Origin: an uncultured bacterium
GTDB taxonomy: Bacteria; Krumholzibacteriota; Krumholzibacteriia; LZORAL124-64-63
Reading direction: 5' to 3'
NCBI GenBank assembly: GCA_963727525.1
Contig: CAVSGO010000006.1
Location: forward strand, 128,001-192,000
DNA: 64,000 nt
Made by a program: the position numbers and the translations under genes. Numbering within the stretch: the first letter of the stretch is position 1; the number at the start of each line of letters is the position of its first letter. Shown piece by piece: positions 29,671 to 39,596 of this stretch. The notes beneath the pieces are model-generated. The model had not been told where the DNA came from. It saw only the letters and a list, made by a program, of their open reading frames with translations, and searched no databases.

Positions 29671-30893
29671 GTGCCAAGAAGAATGTTGACGAGGCTTCGC
29701 ACCGAGATCTCTCCCGCTAGGCCCGACTTTCTCACTACGCGGCGTACGTCAGCTTGTGCCTCCGGTTCACCTTCAATGGCCGCGTCTCGACCCGTCGCCA
29801 GTAGTAGTCATCCCACAACGGCGGCAACTCGATATGCGACACGAACAGCCGCCGCGACAACACCTCCTCCTCGGTCAAAGGCTTCGTGGCGATCCCGATC
29901 TGCATCGCCGGCGTGCTCCAGCACCGCTTCTCCCGACGCAACTTGATCGTGTTGCGCCACACCAGGAAGATCGCCAGCCGGTAGATCGAATGCTGCCGTC
30001 GCTTCCCGAACGCGATCGTCTCCCGCGTGTGGTCTTTCAGACAATGCCGCAGCAACATGTCCAGCAAGTTGACCTCGAACAACGGGTTGCGACTCGTCCG
30101 CGGCTCACGGGAGTCGATCGTCTCGTGGATCACCTTGCAATACCGTAGCTTCGCGATCGCGTAGGGATAGGTCTTGTGCTTGTCGCTCCAGATGTGGGCC
30201 TCGGCGGCGCCGTCGAGCGAGACCGAGAGCACCTCGAGCAGCGCCCGCATCAACGACCTGGGGTCCGGCCGGCCATAGTTTTGTTCAAAGAGGGACCGTT
30301 TCCATTTCTGCTCGTCGGTCATCGCCCCGCTGCGTCGCCGCTCGGCCTCGGCGAAGTGGATGATGAAGCTGGAGGGGCGATCGACGGCCGTGACGATCTC
30401 GTAGGGGAAGTACTGGGAGTGCTCGAAGGTGACGAGGCCGTCGATGGCGATGTCCACGAAGGGTGACGCCTGGGACACCAGGTGTCGATGGAAGAGGATG
30501 CAGTGTCGGCCGAGGCGGGCGAGGAGGTTGTCGACGGTCGTCGGCGAGGTGTCGAGGAGCCTGGCGATCTGGCGGTTGGCGGCGCCAGAGACGGCGTGCT
30601 TATGGACCTTGGGCAGGAGATCGGCGCGTTTGAGCCAGTATGTGGTGCGGAAGGTCTGGTCTGAGCAGGTCCTGCCGCAGGCCAGGCAGAGGTAGCGTTG
30701 GACGGTGTAGGGTGGGGATTTTCGGGAGAAGGTGCCGAAGAGCGCGAAGGGCCAGGGTTGCGGCTGAGGCTTGTGGTATTTGCAGTTAGGGTTGGAGCAG
30801 TGGGGAGGAAGCGAGGGGCATGAAGTGAGGGTTTTGGTGTTCATGAAGACGGGCCCAGGCAAGCGCTGGACCCGTCAACATTCTTCGTGGCAC
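29671..30893 (-). mobile_element. IS1-like insertion sequence, copy 2 (1223 bp, inverted)
   Basis: Same TIRs (29671-29691 and 30873-30893) and same length as copy 1. Confidence 0.9.
29735..30844 (-). CDS. Transposase, IS1-like
   Basis: 369 aa from ATG 30844; differs from copy 1 at 6 residues. Confidence 0.85.
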   Translation of the reverse strand: MNTKTLTSCPSLPPHCSNPNCKYHKPQPQPWPFALFGTFSRKSPPYTVQRYLCLACGRTCSDQTFRTTYWLKRADLLPKVHKHAVSGAANRQIARLLDTSPTTVDNLLARLGRHCILFHRHLVSQASPFVDIAIDGLVTFEHSQYFPYEIVTAVDRPSSFIIHFAEAERRRSGAMTDEQKWKRSLFEQNYGRPDPRSLMRALLEVLSVSLDGAAEAHIWSDKHKTYPYAIAKLRYCKVIHETIDSREPRTSRNPLFEVNLLDMLLRHCLKDHTRETIAFGKRRQHSIYRLAIFLVWRNTIKLRREKRCWSTPAMQIGIATKPLTEEEVLSRRLFVSHIELPPLWDDYYWRRVETRPLKVNRRHKLTYAA

Positions 30894-30969
30894 CTTAGAA
30901 ATTTTGCCCCGAACCCGCACGAGGCGTACCTTCAGGTACCTTCGTCTTCGACGCCTGTCGGGAGCTTTC

Positions 30970-33645
30970 ATGCGGCGCGCGGCCATTCTCCTCCTCGTGG
31001 TCTCGCTGGTGCCGGGTCTCCGTGCGCTTGCGCGTACCGATCCGCTTCCTCAGGACAAGGCCCACGTGCTCGACGGGAGCACGGTCCTCACCGCCGGCCG
31101 ACTCTACGTGAACATCACGAACTGGGGCCTGATCGGCTCGCGCTACGGCGAGCTCAGCACCTTCGCCGACGCACCTTCCGGACAGTGGCCAGGGGGATCG
31201 AGCAACGAGTACCTCTTTGCCGGCGGTCTATGGGTCGGTGGCATGGAGCAAGGGGAGCCTCGCGTGTCCACGGGGCAGCCCGATGCGGAACTGCGGCCCG
31301 GCACCAACCCACAGGACACGATGTACGAGGCGCGCGAGGGGCTCGTGGTTCGCCCGATCGAACCGGGTGCCAGCGGTATTCCGTTCTTCATGCCCGGTGG
31401 CGACGACGATGGCGACGGCCGATACGATGAGGAGATCCTCGACGGTTACGATCAGGACCACGATGGGCTCATCGACGAGGATTTCCGCCAGTACGGCACG
31501 CAGATGTTCAATTGCGTGATGCGCGACAATACGCTGCTCGCGCGCCAGATCTACCCCGACCACCGGCCGCTGGACATCAAGGTCGTCCAGCGAGCGTTCT
31601 CGTGGCAGACGGTGGGGCAGCAGGACTTCGTGGTGCTCTCCTACGAGATCACCAACATCGGCGCCTCGGTGATCAACGACGTATACCTCGGCTTCTGGAC
31701 GGACTGCGACATCGGCCGGCGCGACGACCCCGACATCGCGCACAACGACATCGCCGGCGGTTTCGACGAGTACGTCCGCGTGCCGGAAGGGTATTTCCAG
31801 CCGGTACGCGGCGGGTACATGCGCGATGCCGTGTCCGAGAATCCCCTGCCGGGCTGGTTCGGCGTGCAGGTCATCAATCACACCACCGACCAGACCGAGG
31901 TGCGTGCGCCGATGACCGTGCGGATGCACGGCATGCATATCATCTCGGCTGGTGGCGCGGTCTGGGGCGGGGGCCCCCCGATCAACGATGCCGATCGCTA
32001 CCAGCTTCTCGCCACGCCGGGACTCGATCCCGACGTGAGCCCCGATCACGCCTACGACTACAGTTTCGTCGTGTCCACCGGCCCGTTCCCGACCTTTGGC
32101 CCGGGCGAGACACTCGTTTTCGAGATTGCCCTCTGCGTCGGCAATAGCCGCGAGGCGTTGCTTTCCTGCTGCGCGACGGCCCAGCAGGCTCAATTCGGAC
32201 GCTGGGTCGACTTTGACCACAACTACGCGACCGGACTCGCCGGGCACGAGACGTTAGTCTGTGCCGAGGACTACTACCCCGACTGGAACTCGCCGCTCAA
32301 TCCCATCTACGGGCGCAACTCCAACCTCTGGAACCGCGCCTGTCTCGGCGATGCGCTGGTCTTTCCCGACATCACGCCGGACGGGCTTGCCTGGTATCCC
32401 GACACTCGCAAGCACTGCATCTGGGTGAACATGGACAACTGCGAGGAGTGCGAGCGGGCGCAGGGAGTGAACTGCTACGATTTCTACGGCCCCAACGGTG
32501 GCGAGACCAAGGCGCTGGATGGTCCCGGCACGGGCAACGGCGGCCGCGAGACCCACGCGCCGTGGGAGGTGCTGGACCTGCCGCCGCCGGCCCCATCGAT
32601 GCGTGTGGATGCTGCTGATGGCATCGTGCGCGTCTTCTGGGACGATCGCAGCGAGTGGACGCCGGACGGCCTCACCGGTTTCACAGATTTCGAGTCGTAT
32701 CGGTTGTGGCGCTCGGACCAGTGGGCCCGTCCGCCGGGTTCGTCGCTGATCACGGGGCCGGCGCGCGACAGCTGGCGCCTGATGGCCGAGTACGACCTCG
32801 ATAATCAGTACCGTGTGAATCTGCCCGGCAACATCGTCCGCTGGCTCGATTTCGGCAGCAACACGGGTTTAGCCGATATCACCTACGAGCCCGCCTGTCT
32901 GAGCGATCCTCTCTATTCCGGTCTCGAGGAGGCCATGCGCGCCATCATCGAGGCTGACACTGGCGGCCATTATACCTACCGACCCGCTCTGCGCGATGCC
33001 GTCGGCACGCCCGTTCCCGGGCTGGAGACGCTCCTGCCCTGGGAGACCCACACCGACGTGCTGGACACGTTCTTCGCCGTGATCCCGCGCGAGGGGAACG
33101 ACGGCGCGGTTCCGAAGCGCGGCATCCACTACTACCAGTACACGGATACCGAGGTGCACAACGGCTACATCTATTTTTACGCCGTGACCACCACCGATCA
33201 CCAGATGCTGAACGACGGCGTCACCATCATCGGTCCGGGTATCCAGGGCGCGCCCGGCGCGAACTTCGCCCACGCCCAGCCGCGTTTCCAGGCAAACGAC
33301 CCGCATGCCGGCGCGCAGGACGAGGTCTACGTCTATCCGAATCCGGCCACGCGCGATGCGCTGGCGCAGTTCCAGCAGATGGCGTCCACCGACGGCGACC
33401 CTACCGGCGTACGCGTGGCGTTCGCCCATCTGCCGGCATGCCTGAGCACGATCCAGATCTACACGGTATCCGGCGACCAGGTGGCCACCTTCGATCACGA
33501 CGGGACCGGTGGCAATGGCCAGGCCTACTGGAACCTCATGTCCCGGAACAACCAGGAGATCACCAGCGGCATCTACCTGTTCGTGGTCACTCCGCACGAC
33601 ACGCGCTTCACGCCGTCCATCGGCAAGTTCGTGGTGGTGCGCTGA
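30970..33645 (+). CDS. Large secreted protein with FN3-like segment and T9SS-like C-terminal domain
   Basis: Signal peptide; ITNWGLIG, EYLFAGGLWVG and DxDGDG..DEE repeats; FESYRLWRS; VYVYPNP...WNL...SGIYLF...GKFVVVR. Confidence 0.8.
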   Translation: MRRAAILLLVVSLVPGLRALARTDPLPQDKAHVLDGSTVLTAGRLYVNITNWGLIGSRYGELSTFADAPSGQWPGGSSNEYLFAGGLWVGGMEQGEPRVSTGQPDAELRPGTNPQDTMYEAREGLVVRPIEPGASGIPFFMPGGDDDGDGRYDEEILDGYDQDHDGLIDEDFRQYGTQMFNCVMRDNTLLARQIYPDHRPLDIKVVQRAFSWQTVGQQDFVVLSYEITNIGASVINDVYLGFWTDCDIGRRDDPDIAHNDIAGGFDEYVRVPEGYFQPVRGGYMRDAVSENPLPGWFGVQVINHTTDQTEVRAPMTVRMHGMHIISAGGAVWGGGPPINDADRYQLLATPGLDPDVSPDHAYDYSFVVSTGPFPTFGPGETLVFEIALCVGNSREALLSCCATAQQAQFGRWVDFDHNYATGLAGHETLVCAEDYYPDWNSPLNPIYGRNSNLWNRACLGDALVFPDITPDGLAWYPDTRKHCIWVNMDNCEECERAQGVNCYDFYGPNGGETKALDGPGTGNGGRETHAPWEVLDLPPPAPSMRVDAADGIVRVFWDDRSEWTPDGLTGFTDFESYRLWRSDQWARPPGSSLITGPARDSWRLMAEYDLDNQYRVNLPGNIVRWLDFGSNTGLADITYEPACLSDPLYSGLEEAMRAIIEADTGGHYTYRPALRDAVGTPVPGLETLLPWETHTDVLDTFFAVIPREGNDGAVPKRGIHYYQYTDTEVHNGYIYFYAVTTTDHQMLNDGVTIIGPGIQGAPGANFAHAQPRFQANDPHAGAQDEVYVYPNPATRDALAQFQQMASTDGDPTGVRVAFAHLPACLSTIQIYTVSGDQVATFDHDGTGGNGQAYWNLMSRNNQEITSGIYLFVVTPHDTRFTPSIGKFVVVR

Positions 33646-33830
33646 GCCGCCCGGGAGGGCTGGCGGACGATTTCGTCCTGGACGGCGGCTCGATCGAGGC
33701 ACTGATTTCCCAGGAGATTGCTACGGTTGACCTGTAGATGGGAACTCATCGACAGGTGAACAGCTTTCCGGCTGGACCCGATGGGCCGACTCTTGTTTAT
33801 ATTGTTGCGGCTCCAACCCCGCGAGGAAAT

Positions 33831-36800
33831 GTGAAAAAGATCTTCCAGAATCGTGTTCTCGCCGCCCTTTCGTCGCTCCGACTGGCGAGCGTCCTCCTGC
33901 TGATCTTCGCCGTCTCCATCGGCTCGGCCACGTTTCTCGAGGCGCGATGGGGGAGGACCGGGGCTTACGCCCTGGTTTACGGCGCTCGCTGGTTCGAGAT
34001 CGTGCTCGGTCTCCTCACGCTGAACCTGCTCCTGTCCCTCCTACGCCACTTCCCTTACCGGGCTCGGCACACCGGGTTCTTTCTGTTGCACCTGAGCATG
34101 ATCATCATTCTCGTGTCGGCCGGCCTCACGCGGTACTTCGGCTACGAGGGCACGATGCACATCCGAGAAGGCGACAGTACCGACTTCCTCTTTTCCAGCG
34201 AGACCTATGTGAAGGCTTCGTGGCAGGGCGACACCAAGGCTTTCCGCGTGCGCCTCTACAAGCCCGGCCCGCAGCACGTGGAGCACAAGGTCGATTTCGC
34301 CGGCCGTACCTGGACGCTCGGCGTGAGCGAGTACTTCCCGCACTACGAGGAGCAGTGGGTGCCCGCGCCCGGCGGTGTGGCGGCGCTCAGTTTCGGAGTG
34401 CGCGGCGGCGAGGGGCTGCAGATGAAGACCCTGCTCGAGGGCGAGCAGCAAGAGGTGGGCACCATCCCGCTGCGCTTCGTGACCGGGCCGCTGAGCGAGC
34501 AGGCACCAACGTCCACGTACGGCGACGTCCGAGTGCACGTGGGTGGCGAGTCATGCACGTTCGCGGTGCAGCCGAAGGCGGGACCTCTCGGCACCTGCGG
34601 CGGCTACACGTTTGCCCAGGCCGAGTTCCATCCCGACTACAAGGTGGGTGTCACCGATGACGACCCCGACGGCCCCATGCTCAACCCCATGGTCCGGCTC
34701 AGCGTCACGACGCCCGACGGTACGAAGGGTGAGCGTCTGCTCTTCTCGATGCATCCCGACTTCGCCATGACCCACTCGGGTCAGGACGACCAGTTCGCCA
34801 AGCTCGACCTGCTCTACAGCGTGAACGCGTCGGTGAACGTGGCGCGCGGCGACGGCGGCCTGGTGATGCGCGCGCCCTTCCCGGTCACCATGACCGACAT
34901 GACGGGCGAGGTGGATCCGGCCGACTACCCGGCCGGCGCGATCATCCCGCTCCACGAGAGCCGCCTCTACGCGAACGACGCCAGCGGCTTCAAGTTCGTT
35001 CCCTCGGACATCGAACTCTCGGTGGTGCAGCAGCCGGCGGCCAGCGACAACCCCAACGCGCCCGCGGCGGCGCGCGTGTCCATCGCCTCGGGCAACGACC
35101 GCGCTGACGCGCTGGTCGTGAAGGACGGTCAGCCGGTGACGGTGGATGTCGGCGGCCAGTCGATCGCCCTCGACTATGGAGCTCTCATCATGCCCCTGAC
35201 CTACAGCCTCACGCTGGAGGATTTTGTCTTGAAGACCTATCCAGGCAGCGACAACCCGGCTAGCTACGAGAGCTTCCTCAAGCTGAACGACCCGGCCAAC
35301 GGCGTCGTGGATCGGCCGGTGCACATCTACATGAACCATCCGCTCAATTACGCGGGCAGCAAGCACTTCCAGTCGAGCTACGACCAGGATCGCCACGGCA
35401 CGATTCTTTCCGTGAATCACGATCCGGGCAAGTGGCCCACCTACCTCGGCTACGCCATGCTCACGCTGGGCTTCCTGCTCATCCTGTTGCGCGACACGAT
35501 CTGGGGCCGCGTGGACAGCAAGGGCCAACCCGAAGCGCCGGTGGCCCCGTCGAAGCCGCGGCGTCAGGCCATACACGTCGGCATGGCCCTGCTGATCGCG
35601 CTGCCGCTACTCGCCACCGGCGGCGTGGCCCGCGCGCAGGACGCGCAAGAGCAGGGTGGTCATGTGGTGCTGAGCGACGTGGCACGACAGGAAGCGCAGC
35701 AGCTCATCGTGCAGGACTTCCAGGGACGCATGAAGCCCCTGGACACCCTCGCACGCGAGATGGCGATGAAGGTGACCAAGAGCACCCATTTCGAGGGCCG
35801 TGACCCCATGGACATGCTGCTCAGCTTCGCCGTGCAGCCGTCGTACTGGTGGACGCGCCCGGTCATCGCCGTGCGCAACCCCGGTGTGAAGAAGATCCTG
35901 GGCGTGGATGCGGCGGTGAAATACGTGTCGGCCTCGAGCCTCTTCGACGCCAACGGCACCTATATCCTGCAGCAGCAAGTGGAGGACGCGCACCGTGCTC
36001 CGGCGCGCGAGCGCACCAAGACGCAGCAGAAGCTCATCACCTTCGACGAGCGTCTGCACATGCTCTACCTCTCGCTCCAGGGCGAGACGCTGCGTCTGTA
36101 TCCGGTGCCCGGCGACCCCAAGCACACGTGGCTCGGCATCTCCGACGTGGCCGACAAGCTCACCCCGGAACAGAAGACCCAGTACGACGACGCCTTCGCC
36201 GCGCTCTTTGGCGGCATGGAGGATGGCGACCAGGCGAAGATCGTCGAGGGCATCCGCAAAACCGCGGCCATTCAGAAGCAGTATGGCGCCGACGTGCTGC
36301 CCAGCAAGCTGGCGGTGAACTCGGAACTGCGGCTCAACAAGCTGCAGCCGTTCGTGTGGGCGACGGTGCCGTACCTGGTCGGCTTCGCGATCCTCATCAT
36401 CGTGTATTTCGTAGGTCTCATGAAGTACGGCGTGGCCCAGTGGTCGCTGAAGAACCCGTTCTACCTCATCGGTATGCTCTGCTTCATGGGCGGCCTGGCC
36501 TTGCACGCATACGGCTTCGTGCTCCGCTGGATCGCGTCGGGCCGCGCACCACTGAGCAACGGCCACGAGTCGCTGGTGTTCATCGCCCTGGCCGTGGGCA
36601 TCGCCGGCCTCATCTTCGAGCTGGTGAGCCGCTCGGCCGCCGCCAGCGCCCTGAGCTCGCTGCTCACGGCCGTGGTGCTGGGCATCTCGATGATGGGCAC
36701 CTTCGATCCGGCCATCGGCCCGCTGGTGCCGGTGCTCGCCTCGTACTGGCTGAACATCCACGTGACCATCATCACCGCGAGCTATGGCTTCCTCGGTCTC

Positions 36801-37307
36801 TCGGCCTTCCTGGGCGGCCTTACCCTGGTGCTGTTCATGGTAGAGGCCGGGGCGAAGCGTGACTTCACGATCCCCATCGCCCGCCTCGATCGCCTGAACG
36901 TGGCCGTCATGACCACCGGCCTCGGCATGCTGGCCATCGGCACCTACCTCGGCGGCGTGTGGGCCAACGAGTCGTGGGGCCGTTACTGGGGCTGGGACTC
37001 CAAGGAGACCTGGGCGCTCGTGTCGGTGCTGGTGTACGCCTTCGTCCTGCACTTCCGCTGGATCCCCTCCACGCGCAACCCCTTCGTGCAGGCCGCCGGC
37101 AGCTTCGCCGCCATCTCGAGCATCGTGATGACGTATTTCGGCGTGAACTACTTCCTGTCCGGACTGCACAGCTATGCCGCCGGCGACGCCGCCAAGGTAC
37201 CCGCCTGGGTACACATCGGCTTCGCCATCATGCTGGTGACGATCCTGGTCGGCTACTTCGCCTGGCGCGCGCGTCCGGCGGGACCGAACCGAATCGCGGG
37301 GGCGTAG
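33831..37307 (+). CDS. ccsBA: Fused cytochrome c biogenesis protein CcsBA (system II heme exporter/synthase)
   Basis: ResB-like N-half; WWD domain WANESWGRYWGWDSKETW; His in LLHLS, NIHV, LHFR and GLHSY; GTG start with GAGG RBS. Confidence 0.93.
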   Translation: MKKIFQNRVLAALSSLRLASVLLLIFAVSIGSATFLEARWGRTGAYALVYGARWFEIVLGLLTLNLLLSLLRHFPYRARHTGFFLLHLSMIIILVSAGLTRYFGYEGTMHIREGDSTDFLFSSETYVKASWQGDTKAFRVRLYKPGPQHVEHKVDFAGRTWTLGVSEYFPHYEEQWVPAPGGVAALSFGVRGGEGLQMKTLLEGEQQEVGTIPLRFVTGPLSEQAPTSTYGDVRVHVGGESCTFAVQPKAGPLGTCGGYTFAQAEFHPDYKVGVTDDDPDGPMLNPMVRLSVTTPDGTKGERLLFSMHPDFAMTHSGQDDQFAKLDLLYSVNASVNVARGDGGLVMRAPFPVTMTDMTGEVDPADYPAGAIIPLHESRLYANDASGFKFVPSDIELSVVQQPAASDNPNAPAAARVSIASGNDRADALVVKDGQPVTVDVGGQSIALDYGALIMPLTYSLTLEDFVLKTYPGSDNPASYESFLKLNDPANGVVDRPVHIYMNHPLNYAGSKHFQSSYDQDRHGTILSVNHDPGKWPTYLGYAMLTLGFLLILLRDTIWGRVDSKGQPEAPVAPSKPRRQAIHVGMALLIALPLLATGGVARAQDAQEQGGHVVLSDVARQEAQQLIVQDFQGRMKPLDTLAREMAMKVTKSTHFEGRDPMDMLLSFAVQPSYWWTRPVIAVRNPGVKKILGVDAAVKYVSASSLFDANGTYILQQQVEDAHRAPARERTKTQQKLITFDERLHMLYLSLQGETLRLYPVPGDPKHTWLGISDVADKLTPEQKTQYDDAFAALFGGMEDGDQAKIVEGIRKTAAIQKQYGADVLPSKLAVNSELRLNKLQPFVWATVPYLVGFAILIIVYFVGLMKYGVAQWSLKNPFYLIGMLCFMGGLALHAYGFVLRWIASGRAPLSNGHESLVFIALAVGIAGLIFELVSRSAAASALSSLLTAVVLGISMMGTFDPAIGPLVPVLASYWLNIHVTIITASYGFLGLSAFLGGLTLVLFMVEAGAKRDFTIPIARLDRLNVAVMTTGLGMLAIGTYLGGVWANESWGRYWGWDSKETWALVSVLVYAFVLHFRWIPSTRNPFVQAAGSFAAISSIVMTYFGVNYFLSGLHSYAAGDAAKVPAWVHIGFAIMLVTILVGYFAWRARPAGPNRIAGA

Positions 37308-37332
37308 GCGCGGTCGGGGAGACGGAACGACT

Positions 37333-37365
37333 GGGGCGGAAGCCGTGGGGCCTTCGCCCTTTCTC
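37333..37365 (+). terminator. Probable terminator after ccsBA
   Basis: GGGCGGAAGCC-GTGG-GGCCTTCGCCC followed by TTTCT. Confidence 0.5.
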
Positions 37366-37479
37366 TATCCCGCTCATACGTCTCGACTCGACGGCGAGCC
37401 ATGGCGCCGGCACCGGTGAGCCCGAGCGAGCAATCAGGGGAGGCCTGGCGGCACTCCCCTGTTGGGTTTCTTCCTCTTG

Positions 37480-39474
37480 CTACTTCTTGGGCTTGTTCAG
37501 CATGAAGATGTTGCCGCTGGGACCCTGCGCGGCGGGACGTGTGTGTCTTTCGGCGTGATCGGGGGCTCCCGCCATGGCAGGCTCGGGTTCCGCCTCGGGG
37601 ACGGGCTCGGCCTGAGCTTCGGGCGCCGATTCGGGCTCCGGGGCCGGCTCGGGCTCGGGCGCCGGTTCGTGCGTGGCCGCGGCCGGCTCGGCAGGCGGCG
37701 CGGCGGCTGCCAACTTCTTCTTCGGCTTCAGGATGAAGACGTTCTTGTTGCTGCCCGTCGCCGCCTTCGCCGCGGGCTTGCTCGCGGCCGCTTCAGGTTC
37801 AGGAGCCGTCTCGGGCATGGGCTCGGCAGCGGGCGCGGCATCTTCTTGTGGCTCGCCCGCCGCGGCCACGGCGCTGTCGGCGGCGGCAGCCAGCTCGTCG
37901 ATGAGGGAGCTGGTGGTATTCGCCAGGTCGCAGAGCGCGTCCAGGTCGGGCTCAGGCGCCGCAGTGGCGGGCGGCTGCGGCTCAGGCAGCGGCTCAGGCA
38001 GCGGCTCGGGCGCCGGCTCGGGTAACGGCTCGGGCGCCGGCTCAGGCGCTGGGGTGGCTGCTTGTGGGGTTGGCGGGTCGACCGGTGCTGGCGCCACTGG
38101 TGCCGGCGCCAATGGTGGCGGCGGTGGAGCGACGGGGGCCGGTGTGGGCGTCGCGACCGGCTGGGCGTGCTGCGGCGGGTCGAGCATCAGCTCGCCGAAG
38201 TGGGCGGCGACGCGGTGGATGGAGCCTACGTTCTTGATCACCTGGCCCACCGCCTCCTCGTACTGGCGCTGGTGGGCGAGGATGGCGGCGACGGTGGCCT
38301 CGATCTGGGCCGTCGCGGTGGCAGAGGCGTCGGCCAGTTCGCGCACCTCGCCGGCCACCACGCTGGTGAAGGCCTCACCGGTGGCGCCGGTGCGGGCCGA
38401 CTCGACCTGGATCAGGCGCGCGATCGATTCGCTGTGCTGGGCCAGGCGCTGCACCCGGGAGAGCACCTGCACCATCTCGCGGGCCGAGGCCTGCAACTCG
38501 CGCGCCGTGTCGGCGGTGTAGGTCGCCGCGTTGTTGGCCACGCGTACGATCTTGGCGCCCTCGCCCGTGTCGCTGGCCATCTCGTTGAGGCTGAACAGCA
38601 TGCCCTGCATGGCCGACGCCACGGCCTCGACGGCGGCCTGCATCTTGGCCGTGCTGTCGGCGATGGTCTGCATGTCCACGGTGACGCGATCCACCGAGGC
38701 GCTGGCCAGGTCCAGGTTCAGCGGCACGGTGAAGGCTGGGGCGGGTGTCGGGGCAACGCGGTGGCGTAGCGAGCGCACGGCGGCGGCGGCGGCGGGGGAG
38801 AGATCGTCCGCGTCGTCCGCGAGCGACACGTGCCCACTGGCCGGCTGGGGGTGGCGTCGGCGTGCGCCGGCGATCAACAGCACCGTGAGTACCACGGCAA
38901 AGGCTCCGGCGAGGGCGCGGCTCAGGCCCAGCAGATCCTCTTGCAGGCGCCCGCTGCTGACGAGAGTTTCGCGGGTCGTGCTCATGGCACGCATCAGTCG
39001 GGGCGCCGCGGTGCCGAGGCTGCTCAGCAGTTCCTGACCAGCCGCGCTGAAGATGGAGTACTCGCCGGCGGCGAGGTCGGCGAGGTCGGGACCGATCTCC
39101 TGCCACGCGGCGCGGGCCTCGCCGAGGGCTTGCCGGCTGGCGCGGCCGCGCACGGCCGCGATCTCCACCAGCGATCCGTCGGGGGCGGACCAGTTGCCGC
39201 CGCGGTCGAGGGCCGAGAGGGCCCGGTCGATGCCGACGATGGCCTGACCCAGGCGCTGGCGGGCCTCGTGCATGCTCGGCGCATCCGGAGCGGTGCCCAG
39301 GGCATCCACCTCGCGTACCAGCGCCGACACCTGCTCGATCTCCGTGGAAATCGCCTGCAGGCGCTCGGATTCGCCACCCTGGTGGCCGCCGGTGTACACC
39401 ATCATGCCCAGCGACCCGGCCAGGAGCAGAGCCGCACCCACGGTGACTACGGTCATGAGCGATCGCGCCGACAT
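37480..39474 (-). CDS. Degenerate methyl-accepting chemotaxis-like membrane protein with Pro/Ala/Glu-rich tail
   Basis: Two TMs around a helical periplasmic domain; IQVESARTGATGEAFTSVVAGEVRELA resembles the MCP hairpin tip. Confidence 0.7.
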   Translation of the reverse strand: MSARSLMTVVTVGAALLLAGSLGMMVYTGGHQGGESERLQAISTEIEQVSALVREVDALGTAPDAPSMHEARQRLGQAIVGIDRALSALDRGGNWSAPDGSLVEIAAVRGRASRQALGEARAAWQEIGPDLADLAAGEYSIFSAAGQELLSSLGTAAPRLMRAMSTTRETLVSSGRLQEDLLGLSRALAGAFAVVLTVLLIAGARRRHPQPASGHVSLADDADDLSPAAAAAVRSLRHRVAPTPAPAFTVPLNLDLASASVDRVTVDMQTIADSTAKMQAAVEAVASAMQGMLFSLNEMASDTGEGAKIVRVANNAATYTADTARELQASAREMVQVLSRVQRLAQHSESIARLIQVESARTGATGEAFTSVVAGEVRELADASATATAQIEATVAAILAHQRQYEEAVGQVIKNVGSIHRVAAHFGELMLDPPQHAQPVATPTPAPVAPPPPPLAPAPVAPAPVDPPTPQAATPAPEPAPEPLPEPAPEPLPEPLPEPQPPATAAPEPDLDALCDLANTTSSLIDELAAAADSAVAAAGEPQEDAAPAAEPMPETAPEPEAAASKPAAKAATGSNKNVFILKPKKKLAAAAPPAEPAAATHEPAPEPEPAPEPESAPEAQAEPVPEAEPEPAMAGAPDHAERHTRPAAQGPSGNIFMLNKPKK

Positions 39475-39596
39475 GAAAACTCTCTTTCTTATAGGCGGTT
39501 CGCGGTCCTCTTCCCGGTCATTTTCGCATTTCTGGGGTGCGCATTGAGGATTATCCTGCGTTCTTGGCTCGCGAACCGTCCCCAGGAGGAGTCGAT

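Noticed and set aside
37590-38060. Tandem GGCTCG/GGCTCA-type repeats as a CRISPR array or VNTR
   Set aside because: They encode the PEP/APE low-complexity protein tail; there is no repeat-spacer structure
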